Positions 59,271-64,000 of a stretch of 64,000 bases of DNA are shown here, piece after piece. Origin of the DNA: Phoronis australis (lineage: Eukaryota > Animalia > Phoronida). Below the pieces are notes generated by a model. The model ran no database searches. It saw only the letters and a list, made by a program, of their open reading frames with translations, and was not told where the DNA came from. Position 1 is the stretch's first letter, and every line of letters begins with the position of its first letter. The position numbers and the translations under genes were made by a program. Where the stretch lies: NCBI GenBank assembly GCA_002633005.1, contig NMRA01000978.1, positions 1 to 64,000 on the forward strand, in the 5' to 3' direction.

Positions 59271-62200
59271 TTACTGCATCTCTTTCAGCTTTTAATTTTA
59301 AAGGTCTGCATTGCTACTCACTTTAACAGCACTGGTGAAGTAATTCCCTGATTGCGCCACACTGTGGACAATACCTCCACGGAGAGGTGATCTATCATTT
59401 CCGTCTAACAATGCCGTACACGTTATTGCATATGCTGATTAAGACCAGCATGTCCTAAATTCGCTTTTTGTCAAGGAACTTTTAAGCAACAGAGCTTAAG
59501 CCCTTCACACCGTGGTCATCAATGAATTCGTTTACTAAACACTTTGGATGTGATATCTTTGAGAGTTTTTTTCATATTGTGTACATGTACAAGTAATCAA
59601 TTTACAAACTTTCAAAACAAAAATTTAAAAACATTACTGTCGCCCCAATGTGTTGATGATGGCATCATTATCTAAAGAAGCATAACATCAGCAGCCTGGG
59701 GCGATATAATTAACCACAACAGTATGGTGTCTTTGGTCTGAACAGGTAAATTATTTGGTGCGCAAACATGTCAAGTTGCCCAATCTCGATATGCTAGGGT
59801 GTCAACGTAGGATTCTTTTCATGGCCAAAACGAAGCGTCCAGCCCTAAGTAATAGGAGCATAACTTTCTTTTCTGATGGATACAAAATAGAAAAAAATCT
59901 ACATTTTCATCTATCCATATCCAATTATGAACGAACGTTCCCGATTTTCCACTTTAAAAGATGTCCTTAAGATTCTGCGGCCCACACTTGCACACGTGTT
60001 TCCAAATTTAGCATTCCGACCACCGATGTTTCATACAGGCTGTAATGCACATTTTTAGCTTTCCATATCACCATTAGCTTAAAATCCAGGTCGCGTTCTT
60101 TATACCCGAAATGGAACATAAAAATCTTCTATGTCATTTCCGTCTCACTTAGGAACTGAAGATGGCTACTTAAGTGCTCAAATATATGATGGTTTACGCT
60201 GTCGAATACTTCACAAGTTCACACTTATGCCACCAAGATTCGAGAAACAAACTCGATTAAAAACTCTTGATTTCTGATTCAGGCAGGAATGTAAAGATTT
60301 AACGCTGGGTTCATCAAGTGCAAACTAAGATTAGACAGCCATCAACACAGGGTGAGAGCCAGCCTCATCCCCAAGCCTCAAGATGGCGCTGAGCCGTTTA
60401 GCCATTTCACGCCTGGTGAGGTGAGGAGATGCAGATGTATCCCGTCTGTGCGCTGATTTGCCGTAGACGACGTTCACTGCTGACAAGAGCGATTAGGTAC
60501 AACAAATCTTGAGTCTGTGAATACTTATATACTAATTCTTATGTCTTTGGATGAGATAAATTTGGGTATTTTCCAGAAAATGAACGAGATCCAAACTATT
60601 TGCACAGGCGTTGCTGTTGTGACCATTCGTGGTTCGGAAACAGAAGACTCCGTTTTCGTTACTGCTTGAAATAAAAGATTGTCTCGTGCTTATTGTCAAG
60701 TCTGCTTCATTGAAAGCACCAATCATGCCTTGAATTCAGATACATCAAAGTTTCACAGATCTAAACCAAAATTGTTAATACCCCTCATTTTGATTTTGTA
60801 TATTGTACTAGCATGAAAGTTTAGAGGGGATAAAAGTTAATACAACGCGTGATATTCCGTTGATTTCTGTAAAAATATGTCAGGATTTTGCCCAGAAAAT
60901 TTCACCTCGCCAAGCCTCTAATGGCTAAAGCGATCAGGCCATCTGGAGGCTTAGGGACAAGGATGGACGTGAGCCAGGTGTACGGTTGGAATTTTTGTCG
61001 CATTCAAATGAGAGTGGCTAGTGACTTAAAAAGACTTATCGTTAGTGAAATCTTATGAAGTAGCTCTGCCCGTTGTAGATCAAGTACGTTGTGCTCTAAA
61101 AGTGACCAAATATACTTTCTAATAGAACAAGGTATCCGCGTTTCGCTGTCAATCGTTCACAAGCATTCTATTTTTGCATGTATATATAACGTACACATGC
61201 TGTCACATGAAATATGTCGAGCATTGAATTGAACGAACTTATTTATCAATGTAGGCCTATACGATAACGACGTACACTGCACGGTGACTGACGGATATTG
61301 TAACGACTTGTGATTGCGTTTGCCTTGAAACGTGTTCAACTAGAAAGAAGTAATATGCGTTGGTTTACGTTTAGCAATTCGAAACTGCAACATGCATGCT
61401 ATTTTTAACACGATCAAGAGAATATTTATCAATACGATATGACAACACGCATGCTATTTTAACAAGATCAACAGCAGGACAAAGGAAATATCCTCTATAC
61501 TTACACACAATGAGCTGAAGAGCAAGGATGCGTTTTTCCAATGCAAGGGTTCACTAGACATGTGGCAGCCACTTCACCTGTACATGTCGGACAGCCATTT
61601 TCAACTAATTGCCCGTGCAACACGAAATAGTGGTTGCAACCAGTGCAATAATCCGCCCTGAAAATTCCGTAGAAATGCAAAGTAACAGTTCATATTCCGA
61701 GCACGTACGTATTTCCGAAAAATCTATGCTCTAGGGTGTGGTTCATACAAGTATAAACCTAGACTATTCTGCCTATTCTGCCCTCACGCACTCATTTGAA
61801 AAAGGTATCTACGAACAAATTCCTCCCAATTTTGACTCATTATAATTTTTGAATGTTTATTATGAAATAGTCAGTACAATAAATATACAGACCCAGAAAG
61901 CGTCAAGGGCATTGTATCTGGGCTAAGCAGTACACTAAAAAGAAAAGTATAGGGGCCTACACAATTATTCATAAATTGCTAACTGATGCTATAATAATAC
62001 AACGCCATGCTTTAAATATGAATATGAATACCAAAATAAATGAATCATTTCCATACACAATAAGTTATTTCACAGTCAAAATGGTGATTCGAAAATAAGC
62101 ACATGTATACGATGTTACCGACGAACACAAAGAAATTTAATATTAAAGGAAATTTTGAAACTGTTTCGAATAAAATCTTATGTTAATTTACGTGAAGTTA

Positions 62201-62286
62201 TTTACATCCATTTAGAAAAAAAAATAATTCGTTTATACATTTGAGGAAGATCAAAATATTTTTGTAAAGGTTAGGGGTACTCCAAC

Positions 62287-62661
62287 TTGGTCATGAAAAA
62301 TAACATGTCTAAAGCGAAAGTCCACCCCGTTGCACAGTGTAGTGTTGTTTATGAATGTGTATGCCCTATGAACGAATGTCTTCGTTCAAACGTCAGACAA
62401 TGTTACATTGGTCAAACGGTTTGCAGTCTTTCCCGTCGGTTATCCATGCATCTTCAATATGGCGCCATTCAAGATCATTTACTGCAATACCACGCACGTA
62501 AAATCACCCGTCAAGAAATTGTGGAAAACACGTCAATTCGCTACGTGGAGCAAGATGTGCTGCGTTTGAAAGTATTAGAGTCACTTTTAATTGCTTTTGA
62601 GAAGCCTGTTTTGAATGAGCAGCAAACAGGGTCGCGCCGCACGTCGCACTTGTTTGCATGA
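62287..62661 (+). pseudogene. Penelope-like element GIY-YIG endonuclease domain (5'-truncated, frame intact)
   Basis: VVYECVCP...CYIGQTVCSLSRRLSMHLQYGAIQDH...RLKVLESLLI..EKPVLNEQ. Confidence 0.9.
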
Positions 62662-62777
62662 CTTTCCTGTTACCCCAATTCATTAGTCATTTTTTGCAGT
62701 ATTTCACACCCGCCGTGTCTCACTGTGTGTGTCGTCAGCTTATACTCTGTGGTGGCATTACTGCGTCATTTTATCTT

Positions 62778-62815
62778 CACTTGAGAATGAAACAAGTATG
62801 TTTCGAAATATCGTG
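62778..62815 (+). ncRNA. Minimal type I hammerhead ribozyme (Penelope-associated)
   Basis: cac-UUGAGAA-u-GAAACA(agua)UGUUUC-GAAA-UAUC-gug: perfect 6-bp helix II, U3-A8 core variant, palindromic AUAU helix III; 117 bp after the GIY-YIG stop. Confidence 0.7.
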
Positions 62816-64000
62816 TGTCTTTTAATTATGTCGCTAGGTCAGTTACTGTATCAGTTGAGAGCAGAGCTTTGTTCAGAAAGTATGAACGCAACGGAATAAA
62901 GACCGTGAACAATGAAAAGTGTCGTGCATTTAACAAATTCTGTATTAGAGGATCTCAAATAATCAATTGACGCCAGGCTAAGACTGACTTGCTGACGACA
63001 TCTGAGCTCAAGAAACTGAGAAAGGCTATTGCTTTCAGAATGCAAAAAGGTAGGCTGCAAGGACAATACCATTTTCTGACGATTCAACTAAGTCACAATT
63101 TACATCGCCCGTAGCAGTGTGATGCATGATATGGAGACTTCAATCTATCTCAATACGCACTGTATATTAAATAATATATTTTGAGAAACATTGAACTCTG
63201 TAACGACATGCCACAGAGTTTCACTTCATGTTTAATCTTAATAAGGCCACATCTGGTCTCCAAATTTAAGACCGGTCTGTATTTCCCTTGAGTTTATTTT
63301 CAATCTAACATCCCCTGTAATATCACTATTTAAACACGTGTTGCAAATGTTACAAAGGACAGAATTCCATCTTAGTCAAAATGAATAGCTTCTGTGTGAC
63401 GTCTCATTTTATTTCACTTGTTGGAATTCATGGTGTGCGCTGACAAGTCCCAAATCGATGAGTGAACAAGGTACGACGGCCAACAGATTTCGAAGCAGCA
63501 AAACTTTAGATCGGGATTGCTGTACACATTTATTTCCAAAATTACAGTCTAATTCGTTCGAAGATTGAGATCGATATGTCTTGTTTACATTTGAGACACG
63601 TTCCCTTTACCTGGAAATGAAACTATGCTCAAGAACAGAGCAACAACCAATTTTCGAAAATTATCGAAGGTTATCCTATTGCAATTGGCTAAACCATGTT
63701 GTTAAGGAAAATTGCCCCTCTTAACTAAAGAGGCGTTGCTTCGTTTGTCAGACTCCTCTAAAAAGAGTTAGTATACAATAAGATAATGTCGATAAAATAG
63801 ATTCTTCATCTAATGTACTTACACACACTTTGCACCAGGACAAGGAGATTCCTGTCCATGACACGTAGACACTATGTTCATACACGGCCAGGTGCAGCGC
63901 TTACAGGTCGTCTCCGCCGCCACAACACTGAGCAGGCCTGGAAATAATGATTATGTAAACAAACGTCACATCCGGGATGCTCTGTCAACATGTGGATGTA

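Overview
AT-rich, repeat-dominated eukaryotic genomic DNA, most likely from a marine invertebrate (inferred from the repeat families and the frequent TACATGTA motif). It comes from a draft scaffold with N gaps and probable haplotype-duplication artefacts beside single-N joins. No long intact ORF is present. Most of the window is decayed mobile elements: three Ty3/Gypsy LTR remnants (one with Gmr1-like order), an RTE-X-type LINE 3' end, two Penelope GIY-YIG tails each followed by a minimal hammerhead ribozyme, and a tRNA-derived SINE with a 12-bp TSD. It also holds two Kolobok-type derivatives with convergent THAP and P2X7-ballast/nanor-like ORFs, an ISL2EU-like THAP+YqaJ derivative, an Academ-like remnant, Helentron-associated (DINE-1-like) elements with CTCF-like motif arrays, many MITEs and several satellites. 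The only plausible host gene is a minus-strand secreted-peptide precursor: a TATA box and signal-peptide exon at 39473-39689, with a candidate terminal exon at about 26260-26608. Family assignments rest on motif recognition by eye and were not checked by database search.
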